A stretch of 58,813 bases of DNA. Source: Planctomycetota bacterium. Its GTDB lineage: Bacteria; Planctomycetota; Planctomycetia; JALXBF01. The translations under genes and the position numbers were made by a program. The stretch lies in the NCBI GenBank assembly GCA_026991575.1, contig JALXBF010000095.1, forward strand, positions 1 to 58,813. The letters are read 5' to 3'. The notes under the pieces were generated by a model. The model did not search any database and was not told the origin of the DNA. It saw nothing but the letters and a program-made list of their open reading frames with translations. Shown piece by piece: positions 21,924 to 31,189 of this stretch; the first letter of the stretch is position 1; the number at the start of each line of letters is the position of its first letter.

Positions 21924-22812
21924 CGTCGGCAGCTGCGCGAGCAAGCTCAATGCCCCCGGCCAGATCCAGGATCGGTGTGGCTCCCTCGATGACCACGTCG
22001 TAGAAATGCCTCAGCGCGCGTTCTTCGGCGGCCGGTTCTGCCGTCAGCTGCTCGCGGTGAACTTCGCCCCCATCAGACCATTCGATCGTCTCGGGAAGTC
22101 GCACCGTCGCCGTGCCACGCTCTGCGGTTACCCGGATGAGCACCGCATGGGAGCGGGCGTCGTCGTGACCTTGATCGGCTTGCGTGGTGAACGCCACCGT
22201 AAACGGAATTCCGCCGACCGTGCCGGACCAACCGGTGCCCGTGCTTGTCAGCGACTCAAGCCGGACTGCTTGGCGATCACGGATCGTGCTGATCCAGTAG
22301 ATCGCTTGCTGCAGAGCGGCGTCGGCGCTACCGCCAGTGTCAACCCGGTCCGTGCCGACCGTGAACTCAACTTGTTTTGGCGTTCCCAGTCGGTCACGAC
22401 AGAGCCGGGCTAACCGTGCCGTTGCCGGAGCCCACGACCAACTCAACGCCAGCTCCACGGGTGCCCGGCACGAGGCCAGCCGCTGTGCCGTCTGGGCATC
22501 GGCCAGTTCGTCCGCCGGGAGCGGGTAGTTCACCAGAACCGGCTTGTTCAGCTCGCAGCAGGCCAACAATGGCAGCGGCCCGTACCAGGTCGGGCTGACC
22601 AGCAGGATGGCTTGCACGTCGCAACGGCTGATCAGTACACGAAAGCCCTCGGTGACATCGCAACCCAACTCGACTGCCTGGCGTCGTGCGCGGTGCGCGA
22701 CCGGGTCGTGCAGGCTGACGACGAGAAAGAGGTTCGAGAGGCGGTCAAGAACGGGGCGAATCCGTTCGTGCCAGCTCTGGCCCAGGCCGATGACTCCCAC
22801 TTGCAGCGGCAC
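21880..22812 (-). CDS. Divergent Gfo/Idh/MocA-fold protein
   Basis: VGVIGLG Rossmann start, DVQAILLVSP, KPVLV; canonical EKP absent. Confidence 0.65.
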   Translation of the reverse strand: MPLQVGVIGLGQSWHERIRPVLDRLSNLFLVVSLHDPVAHRARRQAVELGCDVTEGFRVLISRCDVQAILLVSPTWYGPLPLLACCELNKPVLVNYPLPADELADAQTAQRLASCRAPVELALSWSWAPATARLARLCRDRLGTPKQVEFTVGTDRVDTGGSADAALQQAIYWISTIRDRQAVRLESLTSTGTGWSGTVGGIPFTVAFTTQADQGHDDARSHAVLIRVTAERGTATVRLPETIEWSDGGEVHREQLTAEPAAEERALRHFYDVVIEGATPILDLAGGIELARAAADVTRSRGDASQASTS

Positions 22813-22837
22813 CTGTTCGTCTCCTTGCCCGAGCAGT

Positions 22838-23224
22838 TCAGCGTTCCAGGGAAGTGAGGGCCTCGTGCAGTGTGGCCAGTTGCCTGGCTACGGCCTGCTG
22901 GTCCACCTGAGCGGCTAGCTCGCCGAAACCAGCCCGCCGCAGCATGTCCGGCAGGTCGCGCTGCAGCCGGTGGAGTGTCCATTCGAGCATGTCGCCAATC
23001 TCTTCGTCCTTGGCATGGTGCACTTCGTTCTTGCCTTCAGGAGCGTAGACGTAGCGGGGATCGTGCGCGAAGCAGTAAAACTCCAAGAGGCGTGCCTCAC
23101 TCGGGCCGCCATGACGCCATACCGAGATGACTGGCCCTTCATCATCCAGCTCGCGGGCATACTCGAGCACGATCCGGATCGGGCCCGCGACAACGCTGCG
23201 GATGTGCCTGCGCTCGACCGTCAT
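22838..23224 (-). CDS. Hypothetical protein (128 aa)
   Basis: GGGAGAGG SD-like sequence upstream; globular-looking composition; co-oriented downstream of thyX. Confidence 0.65.
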   Translation of the reverse strand: MTVERRHIRSVVAGPIRIVLEYARELDDEGPVISVWRHGGPSEARLLEFYCFAHDPRYVYAPEGKNEVHHAKDEEIGDMLEWTLHRLQRDLPDMLRRAGFGELAAQVDQQAVARQLATLHEALTSLER

Positions 23225-23323
23225 TGTCTGCCTCTCCCTGCTTTGGGTTCCTGGCGGTCGATGTTGCCTGCAGGTGACTCATCCACTAGTTTAGCCCACT
23301 CGATGCTCTCAGGGCAGGGTGGG

Positions 23324-24154
23324 CTAGACCTTGCGGTGAGCGGTCCGGGCGGCGTAGGTTCCGTCGGGCAGAGGCACCAGTTCATAGTCGCCGAAGATGT
23401 TCGGCGCTTCTTGCTGGAGGATCCGTAGGATCTTCACGGCCACCTTGCGGATCTCCACCTCGGCATGCTCACTGGCACGCATTTCGATGAAGTGCCGCCA
23501 GGCGCGCGCATTGGCCGTGACGAAGATCTTCGTTTCGGTGGCGTTTGGCAGTACGCTACGGGCGGCTTGCCGTGCCAGCTTGCGCCGCATGGTCCGGTCC
23601 GGCACATCCTGGAACTTTTCCTGCAAGCGGCGTACGAGCGCACGGTAAGCATCGCGGGCGGTGCGCACGGCATGGCACCAGATCTCGTGCAGCTCCGGGT
23701 CTTCGGCGATGCAGTCCGGTTCAATGAAGCCTGCCTCCGATTCGTCCACGTACCGCTGGCTCAGCTGCGAGTAACCGAAGCCGGCCCGGTGCCGCACCAG
23801 CTCGTGCGTGAACGAGCGGCTGACGCCGACGATGACGAAGTTCCAGACGGCGTGTTCCAGCACACTGCCGTGGCCCATTTCGATCAGATGGCCGATGTAC
23901 TCCCGGTTGGTCTTTCGGCCTTTGCCATAGGACATGTAGCAGAGCCGTCCGGCCATCTCCACCAGTTGTTCGGCCCCGACTGCCGTGTCCGTCTGCCACT
24001 GAACGCCGTGCTCCCGCAGGAAGCGTTCGATTTCGGCTGGCTCGATCGACGAGCGGCCCACGAGGTAAACGGTCGGCTCTCGAATGATCGGCAGCTCATC
24101 CGCAGGACCGCCTTCGACGGCGTCACGTGGCTTGCCCGAGTCCAGCGTGGCCAT
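23324..24154 (-). CDS. thyX: FAD-dependent thymidylate synthase
   Basis: GHGSVLEH, RHRAGFGYSQLSQRY (RHRx7S), ARSVLPNATET; AGGAGG SD before ATG 24154. Confidence 0.95.
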   Translation of the reverse strand: MATLDSGKPRDAVEGGPADELPIIREPTVYLVGRSSIEPAEIERFLREHGVQWQTDTAVGAEQLVEMAGRLCYMSYGKGRKTNREYIGHLIEMGHGSVLEHAVWNFVIVGVSRSFTHELVRHRAGFGYSQLSQRYVDESEAGFIEPDCIAEDPELHEIWCHAVRTARDAYRALVRRLQEKFQDVPDRTMRRKLARQAARSVLPNATETKIFVTANARAWRHFIEMRASEHAEVEIRKVAVKILRILQQEAPNIFGDYELVPLPDGTYAARTAHRKV

Positions 24155-24482
24155 GGTCTGTTTCCTCCTGGGATGTTGCTCATTGTAACCGTGCGAGCTT
24201 GCCGGGCGCTGCTTGCCCCCGGGACCTGGCCAGCCTGTTTGCGACGGAGCCAGCAACAGCACTGATCCGGCTCACCGACACGACCGGTGATGCCGGCTCA
24301 ATGGGTACCACTGGAACGGCGGGGGCGCGGTCGGCGAGAACCGGTGATAATCCGTTTGCATATGGCCGAGTTATGACATAGGCTTGGGAGGTCGCCCGGC
24401 AGGCCTCAAAGTCTCACAGGGCGCTGGACTGAACGGACGATCGCTCAGACGAGACAGCGGAGCGCGCAGAAAGGGGTATGCG

Positions 24483-25376
24483 ATGCCCTGCAATGACGAG
24501 TTGCTTGACGGGCGTGTCTTGGAGCGTTGGTTCCGTGTGCCTGTAGCCCAGCTTCCTGCCTTAGCGAGTTTTGTGGATCAGCTGCCGGTGCCCATCGCCG
24601 TGCTGGAATGTAGCGGTCAGGTCTGCTACGCCAACAGCGCTGCCCGGGCAAATCTCCATGAGGCATTGCCCCAGGTGCGACGTGCCGTCGGCTACCTGTG
24701 TCCGTGGGCCCGCAGTTGTCCGGACAAGCAGAACTGTGCACGCAAGGAGCATCCCGCAGCGCGGAGCCCGGTTACGTTGAAGGCCCCGCTGGACTCGAAC
24801 GCGCTGTTGGAAGTGGTCGCAGCTTGGCTGAGCCCGGAGAACCCTGGGCTGGTCCTCGCGACGTGGGCCGTTCGTTCCTTTGATCCCGCCACCCCAGCTG
24901 CAAGGAACGTGACGATGTCGGATGATGCCACCCCCAGACATAGTCCCGCTTCATCGCGGGAGACCGCCCAGGATCTCCTGGCCCAGCTTGATGCCGTCCA
25001 GGCCAACGCCGAAACCACGGCTCGGTTTGCCCGTGCCGAGGGCGATAGCCTTTGTGGTGAGTTGGCGACTCTGCAGGACATGAGCCACGCGTTTCTCGGA
25101 GCGGGTAGTCGGCTGGCGGCCGCTCTCGAGCACCTCGAGCAGCTGCTCGTACGGCTGCAACCAGGCCAGCCGGAATGGGGAGAGGTGCACGAAAGCTTGG
25201 CGCAGGTCAAGGAACAACTCTCCGGCCACTTGAGCCGCGGGGCCCTGTTGTACGAATCAGTTGTTCGAGCCATCGATGGTAGCCGCCGGGTGAGCGAAGT
25301 GGCGGTGGATGTGACGGCCGAGGCATCGAGCCTTGCTGCGCTGGCTTTGCATGCGCTACGGTCACTGGGCCGTTAG
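24483..25376 (+). CDS. Hypothetical protein with PAS-like N-terminus and helical C-terminus
   Basis: FVDQLPVPIAVLECSGQVCYANSAA resembles a PAS N-terminus; Ala/Leu/Glu-rich helical tail. Confidence 0.5.
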   Translation: MPCNDELLDGRVLERWFRVPVAQLPALASFVDQLPVPIAVLECSGQVCYANSAARANLHEALPQVRRAVGYLCPWARSCPDKQNCARKEHPAARSPVTLKAPLDSNALLEVVAAWLSPENPGLVLATWAVRSFDPATPAARNVTMSDDATPRHSPASSRETAQDLLAQLDAVQANAETTARFARAEGDSLCGELATLQDMSHAFLGAGSRLAAALEHLEQLLVRLQPGQPEWGEVHESLAQVKEQLSGHLSRGALLYESVVRAIDGSRRVSEVAVDVTAEASSLAALALHALRSLGR

Positions 25377-25634
25377 TTCGGTGACCGAGGGCGTGGTTTC
25401 GCAGGCAGGCTGGAGCGGGTCGGACGACGATTCCGTGCGTTGTCTGGCCAAGGCAGCGGGGTGGTGTCCTCATTAGCCTGCCTGCGAAACCGTTTTCTCT
25501 GGACAATTCGGCCCGCAGCCGGTATGACGAACGGGCCACCGGCTGGCGCGCGGCGTAGAATTGACCGAGTTTTTGCATGTCGTTTGCGGGCGTTGTCTGC
25601 CGTGAGCAAGCAGGCCAGGCCATGGAGTTGCGGC

Positions 25635-27749
25635 ATGGCTCAGCAGCAGCTAGACCCGAAACAGCTCGAACGCACGAAGGAGGAGATCCGCCAGCTGATC
25701 CGACAGATGCAGGCCCTGGCCGAGCAGGATCTCCCGCCCGGCACTTTCTTCGCGGAGTACTTGACACGGCTGATCAAGGCGCTTGCTGCTGTCGGGGGAG
25801 CCATCTGGCTGCGGACGCCGTCCGGTCAGATCCAGCTTGCGTGCGAGTTGGCCTACCTGGACAAGGCCGACTGGACCCAGGATCGCAGCAGCACAGGCCA
25901 CGGGGCGTTTCTTGCCTTCTTGCTGGATGAAGGCGAGCCGAGCCTGCTGCGGCCGCACGCTGGGCCCGAAAAGCACGCGCTTCAGTTCCCGGACGCGAAT
26001 CCCTCCGATTTCAACCTGGTTGCCGTGCCGGTGATTGTCGAAAGGCAGCGCGTCGGTGTGGTTGAGGTTCTGCTGCAGACGGACCGGCGGCCCCAGGCGC
26101 TGGCCAACGCGGTGGAGTTCGTCCAGCGGCTTAGCACGATCATTGGTCAGTACATCCGACGCATGGAGTTGAAGGAGCTAGCTGGCCAGCAGGAGCTGTG
26201 GCGGCAGCTGGACGATTTCATCAAGCACATCCACTCCACCCTCGACCTGCGCGAGACGTGCTACCACGTCGTCAACGAGGCCAAACGGGTGCTGGGCTGT
26301 GACCGGGTCAGCATCGCGCTGATGCGTGGCCGCAAGGCTGCGGTGTATGCCGTAAGCGGTCAGGATACCGTCGAACGCAAGAGCAATCTTGTGCAGCAGA
26401 TGTCCAGGCTAGCCCGCGCCGTCATCAAGAGCAATGACAACATTAGCTTTGCAGGCTTACCGGACGAGAACTGGCCGCCGGCGGTGCGAGACTGCGTGGA
26501 TGCCTTCGTGCACGAGAGCGGTAGCAAGGCTCTGGCGGTGGTCCTGTTGCGTAAGCCGGTGCGGCGTCAGGCCGGCTCAGATGAGAAGAAGCAGGAGCAG
26601 GGCGAGCCGATCGGAGCACTGATCGTCGAGAAGCTACACGACAGTCGTGGCGTCGAGCAGTTGCGCCAGCAAGCAGAGGTACTGGCCGAGCATGCTTCGC
26701 GCGCGGTCAACAACGCGCTGGAGTACGAGCAGATCTTCCTGCTGCCGGTGTGGCGCACGATCGGCAAAGCCCGGGAATGGATGCGCGGCAAGAAGCTCGT
26801 AAAACTCATGGTCGTCCTGACCGTGGTCGTTGGGGTGACGGCTGCGCTGGTTTTCGTGCCCAAGGAGCTGCGTATCGAGGGGCGCGGAGAGATCCTACCA
26901 GAACACCGCCAGATTGTTTTCGCCCCCGAGGACGGCATCGTTGCGGAAGTATTGATCGACGATGGGCAACTGGTGGAGCAGGGACAGCTTATCCTGCGGC
27001 TGGATAATCCGGAACTGGTGCGTCAGCGGCAGGACGTGCGCCGTCAGTTGCTCGATGCCCAAACCCGTCTGCGGCAACTGGTGGCCATGATGGCAGCCGA
27101 ACGGAGAAGGGATGATCAGGGGCCGGGCCTACGGACGCAGATTGAGGCGGAGATCGACAGCCTGACCAAGCAGCTGGAGCTGTTCGACCAGCGGATCGCA
27201 TCGCTCCAGGTCCGTGCGCCGCTAGCGGGCATGATCGCTTCCTGGGACGTTCGGCGCAACCTGTTCCAGCGGCCGGTGAAACGCGGCGACATGCTCGTGA
27301 CGGTTGCCGACGTCGACGAGCGGACTTGGGAGCTGGAGGTCCGCATGCCAGAGGATCAGATGGGACACGTGCTGGAGGCGGCGGAGCGGCACGAGCGGGA
27401 GCAACTTGGCCCGTTGCGTGCGTCGTTCATGCTGGCCAGCCACCCGGAGCAGGTCTTCCGGGGCTACGTGAAGAAGATCGCCCCACAGGCTCAGTTTGAC
27501 AAGGAACGCCAGGAGCATGTCCACCTGGTGACGGTTGCACTGGATGGGGTCGAGAAGGTCGAGGTGGAGCGGATTCGCGAAGGAGACGTGGTCAAGGTGC
27601 GCGAGGTGATCCTGACGTTTAGCGACGGCCGTCAACTGCGGATGACTCCGGGGGCGGAGGTGCGTGCCAAGATCGACTGCGGCACAACCTCGCTCGGTTA
27701 CGCTCTCTTCCACGAAGTGATCGAGCTGGTGCACACCATTCTGTTCTGA
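25635..27749 (+). CDS. GAF-domain / HlyD-type membrane fusion protein
   Basis: Tandem GAF-like regions (LAAVGGAIW; LGCDRVSIA), one TM, barrel-sandwich hybrid (APEDGIV..VEQGQLI; VRAPLAG..VKRGD), coiled coil. Confidence 0.82.
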   Translation: MAQQQLDPKQLERTKEEIRQLIRQMQALAEQDLPPGTFFAEYLTRLIKALAAVGGAIWLRTPSGQIQLACELAYLDKADWTQDRSSTGHGAFLAFLLDEGEPSLLRPHAGPEKHALQFPDANPSDFNLVAVPVIVERQRVGVVEVLLQTDRRPQALANAVEFVQRLSTIIGQYIRRMELKELAGQQELWRQLDDFIKHIHSTLDLRETCYHVVNEAKRVLGCDRVSIALMRGRKAAVYAVSGQDTVERKSNLVQQMSRLARAVIKSNDNISFAGLPDENWPPAVRDCVDAFVHESGSKALAVVLLRKPVRRQAGSDEKKQEQGEPIGALIVEKLHDSRGVEQLRQQAEVLAEHASRAVNNALEYEQIFLLPVWRTIGKAREWMRGKKLVKLMVVLTVVVGVTAALVFVPKELRIEGRGEILPEHRQIVFAPEDGIVAEVLIDDGQLVEQGQLILRLDNPELVRQRQDVRRQLLDAQTRLRQLVAMMAAERRRDDQGPGLRTQIEAEIDSLTKQLELFDQRIASLQVRAPLAGMIASWDVRRNLFQRPVKRGDMLVTVADVDERTWELEVRMPEDQMGHVLEAAERHEREQLGPLRASFMLASHPEQVFRGYVKKIAPQAQFDKERQEHVHLVTVALDGVEKVEVERIREGDVVKVREVILTFSDGRQLRMTPGAEVRAKIDCGTTSLGYALFHEVIELVHTILF

Positions 27750-27784
27750 ACCGGGACAGCTAAGCGCGATTCTGGAGCGATCTG

Positions 27785-28741
27785 ATGAGGCAACTTGCCA
27801 AAGTACCAGCCCGGCTGGTTCTTGCGATAAGCGGGATCGCTGGCCTGGTGGTTGCCCTGGCCAGCGGCGGCTGGTCGCGTGCCGAGCCACCGCTGGCCGA
27901 TGAGCCGGGCGTACTCGGCCCGTACGACGGCGTGGTGCTTAGCTGGAAGCAGGACATCACCCTTGCGGCACGCTTCGACCGCCAGCTGGTCGAACTCCGC
28001 GTGGACGAGGGTGATCTGGTCAGCGCCGGCGACCTGCTGGCTCGACTGGACGACGCGGAGGCGAGGCTGGCGGTGGCTGAGCGAAAGGCAGCCGTTGAGC
28101 GGGCCAAGGCGGAGGTGGCCTTGCAGAAAGCGCTGCTTGAAGAGTCGCGGGCGCAGCTGGAGGCCAACGCTTACCTGAGACGCAAGAACGCCATCAGCCA
28201 GGAAGAGTACCGCCAGTCCGAGGTCCGCGTCCAGGTGCAACAGCAGCGGGTCGTGGCGGCCGAGCGCGATCTGGAACAGGCAACCGTCGCCCTGGCTCAG
28301 GCGGAGTTGCTGCTGCAGATGCACTCGATCCACAGCCCGATCAATGGTCGCGTCGTGCGGGTGTTCTACCGCCGGGGGGCCTTCATTGATCGGACCGGCG
28401 AGAACGGCATGCGGCTGTTCCGTATCGTCAACGTTGACGTGCTGCGGGCCGTGGCCCGGGTACCGCTGGCTGACACGCTCCAGGTACGCCGGGGGCAGCC
28501 CGTGCAGTTCCAAGTCGACATGCCCTCGCTGCGCGATACCGACCTGGCAAGGAAAGTCTTCCACGGCAAGGTTACCTTCCTGGGACAGATCGATCCGGTA
28601 GACGGCACGCGTGAAATCTGGGCAGACATCCGCAACGAGGGCCGTCTCCTGGAGGCACATATGGTCGGGCGATTGTCGATCCTGACCGGCAGCCAGCCGA
28701 GGCAAGTTCGGTTGCCGGCAGGACCTGGCAGCTACCGATGA
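27785..28741 (+). CDS. HlyD/RND periplasmic adaptor subunit
   Basis: Signal/anchor, VDEGDLVSAGDLLARLD, coiled-coil hairpin, IHSPINGRV, IDPVDGT. Confidence 0.88.
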   Translation: MRQLAKVPARLVLAISGIAGLVVALASGGWSRAEPPLADEPGVLGPYDGVVLSWKQDITLAARFDRQLVELRVDEGDLVSAGDLLARLDDAEARLAVAERKAAVERAKAEVALQKALLEESRAQLEANAYLRRKNAISQEEYRQSEVRVQVQQQRVVAAERDLEQATVALAQAELLLQMHSIHSPINGRVVRVFYRRGAFIDRTGENGMRLFRIVNVDVLRAVARVPLADTLQVRRGQPVQFQVDMPSLRDTDLARKVFHGKVTFLGQIDPVDGTREIWADIRNEGRLLEAHMVGRLSILTGSQPRQVRLPAGPGSYR

Positions 28742-30897
28742 GCACCGTAGCGGAACAACAAGCCGTACGGGTCCGCATGCGACCGGACCTCGTGGTGCAA
28801 ACTCAGGTCTACGAGGGGCAGACCCAGTACGTGGTCAAAGACCCGGTCGGCATGCGCTACTTCCGGTTCGGGCCGTACGAGTACTTCCTGCTCGAACACC
28901 TCGACGGTCGCCGCAGCCTGGAAGAACTGAAGGAACTCTTCGAGGTCCAATTCCCGGATCAACGGCTTGAGATCGAGGACATCGCACGCTTCGTTGGCCA
29001 GTTGGTTGAGTCCGGGCTCGTGGTGGTGGATACCCCGGGCCAGGGCAGCGTGCTGTACAAGCGGTATCGCAAGCAACGGTTCCGTAAGCGGCTGGCTACC
29101 TGGACCAACATCCTCTACATCAAGATTCCGATCATCGACCCGGAGCGGCTGCTTAGCCGCATGCTGCCTTACTTCCGCTGGCTGTACGCCCGCCCGGTCG
29201 TCTTCCTGACCGTGCTGAGCTGGTTCGTGGCAGCATTCTGGGTGCTGGGGCACTATGACGAGTTCCAGGCACGGCTGCCGACCTTCCACGCGTTCTTCAA
29301 CTGGCGGAACATCTTCTACATGTGGCTCGTGCTCGCCGTCGTGAAGGTGATCCACGAGTTCGGCCACGGCCTCACGTGCAAGTATTTCGGCGGCGAGTGT
29401 CACGAGATGGGGCTGCTGTTCCTGGTGCTGGCTCCCTGCATGTACTGCGACGTGTCGGACTCGTGGCTGTTGAAGAACAAGTGGCATCGTGTTGCCATCG
29501 ATGCTGCGGGGATCTACGTCGAGCTAACGCTGGCAGCATTGGCCACGTTTGTCTGGTGGATGACACCAGAGGGACTGGTCAACACGCTGGCACTGTCGGT
29601 GATGTTTCTCTGCAGCGTCAACACCGTTCTGTTCAACGGCAACCCGCTGCTTCGCTTCGACGGTTACTACATCCTGATGGACATCATGGAAGTACCGAAC
29701 CTGCGGCAGAAGTCGCAGGAGTTCTTCATGAGGCTGTTTGCCAAGGTCTGCCTGGGATTGCCCGCCGAACTCGACCCGCTGCTGCCACGCAGTCGGCGCG
29801 TCTTCTTTGTGATCTACGCCATTGCCAGCTACCTGTACCGCTGGTTCATCGCGATCGTCATCCTGCTGTTTCTCTACCGATTCCTGCGGCCGTACAAGCT
29901 GGGCGTGATCAGTGCCATGCTCGCGGCAGCTTCGCTGGGCACGCTGGTCGCCATGCCGTTCTACCAGGTCGGGAGGTACCTGATGCAGGCTCGCAAGGTG
30001 TCGACCATCAGCTGGTGGCGGCTGTCAGCCACACTGGTCGTTGTGGCCGGCCTCCTGTCGGCGTTCTTCCTGGTGCCGCTGCCGTACACCGTTCGCGCCA
30101 TGGCTCACATTCAGCCGGCTCAGCCACAGCAGGTCTGGGTCGAAGTGCCTGGTGTACTGGCCGAACTGTTTGTCCGCGACGGTGGCCGTGTACGTCGCGG
30201 TGATCTGATTGCCCGGCTAGTCAACTACGAGAAACAGACCGAGCTGTTGCAGGCCGAGGCGAACTTGCGCCAGCAGCGGTTGCTGGCCCGAGCACTCGAG
30301 TTGCACCAGGACCCGAGGAAGCGGGCCGAAGCGGTTCGAGCCCGGCAACAGGCTGCCGAGCTGGAGAAGCTGGTCAACAACTTGAGGCGCGAACTCAGCC
30401 TGCTGGAGCTGCGTGCCGAGCGGGACGGCGTCGTGATGGGCGTGCCAGACCCTGAGATGATCGGAGCGTTCTTTGAGCAGGGTACGTTATTCTGCCAGGT
30501 GGGCGATCCGGACGAGCTCGAAGCGCGACTCTACATCAGCCAGGGCTACGTCAGCCTGGTCCGGGTCGGCCAGGAGGTGGAGATCAAGCTGTACAGCCGA
30601 GCGGATGAGACGCTTGAGAGCCGGATCGCCGCGGTGTCCAAAGTCAATACTGCCACGCTGCCGACCGAGCTGTCCAACAAGGGGGGCGGTGAGATTCCCA
30701 CCAAAACGGATCCTACCACCGGGGAGGAAGTGCCGTTGGAGACCCTCTACGTTGCCGTCGTTCCCCTGGACCGCGATCAGCTGCCTGAGTACGTCGCGCC
30801 TGGCCAACGTGGCATTGCCAAGATCCACGTTGAACCGACCACTCTCGCCTGGCGCGCCTGGCGGCTGATCCGCCGTACCCTGGGGTTTGCTACCTGA
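28738..30897 (+). CDS. M50 (site-2) metalloprotease fused to an N-terminal PqqD/RRE-like domain and a C-terminal HlyD domain
   Basis: HEFGH (HExxH) in a TM segment, NGNPLLRFDGYY (NPDG-type), N-terminal LDGRRSLEEL..FVGQLVESGL winged-helix pattern, C-terminal VRDGGRVRRGDLIARL; ATGA overlap with the upstream gene. Confidence 0.88.
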   Translation: MSTVAEQQAVRVRMRPDLVVQTQVYEGQTQYVVKDPVGMRYFRFGPYEYFLLEHLDGRRSLEELKELFEVQFPDQRLEIEDIARFVGQLVESGLVVVDTPGQGSVLYKRYRKQRFRKRLATWTNILYIKIPIIDPERLLSRMLPYFRWLYARPVVFLTVLSWFVAAFWVLGHYDEFQARLPTFHAFFNWRNIFYMWLVLAVVKVIHEFGHGLTCKYFGGECHEMGLLFLVLAPCMYCDVSDSWLLKNKWHRVAIDAAGIYVELTLAALATFVWWMTPEGLVNTLALSVMFLCSVNTVLFNGNPLLRFDGYYILMDIMEVPNLRQKSQEFFMRLFAKVCLGLPAELDPLLPRSRRVFFVIYAIASYLYRWFIAIVILLFLYRFLRPYKLGVISAMLAAASLGTLVAMPFYQVGRYLMQARKVSTISWWRLSATLVVVAGLLSAFFLVPLPYTVRAMAHIQPAQPQQVWVEVPGVLAELFVRDGGRVRRGDLIARLVNYEKQTELLQAEANLRQQRLLARALELHQDPRKRAEAVRARQQAAELEKLVNNLRRELSLLELRAERDGVVMGVPDPEMIGAFFEQGTLFCQVGDPDELEARLYISQGYVSLVRVGQEVEIKLYSRADETLESRIAAVSKVNTATLPTELSNKGGGEIPTKTDPTTGEEVPLETLYVAVVPLDRDQLPEYVAPGQRGIAKIHVEPTTLAWRAWRLIRRTLGFAT

Positions 30898-31189
30898 TCC
30901 GGCCCATTGTCCCGGCGCCTTTCGCACTGTCCGTTCCAGCCGTGACCGGCACCTCTATAGCCGCATAGTCGCTGGAACGGTCCGCCCCGCGATCGTTTTC
31001 CCGTCATGCAAGCTGGCCAGGGATGGTCGTCTCCAGTCACGCGGACCGGCCGAGGGGGACGTGGGCCGGCTGCGGTGCGCATCGGCTGCGTGCGCCCCAG
31101 TGACCAGCTCGCCTTGACCGGACCTAACCCATCGGGTACCACCAGACGCGTGAACGCACAAGTCCTGCGACGCGCGGCGGGGAGAGACC

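Noticed and set aside
25376..25635. RiPP precursor peptide for the RRE-like M50 protein
   Set aside because: No small ORF with an SD and leader/core features seen on either side of the operon
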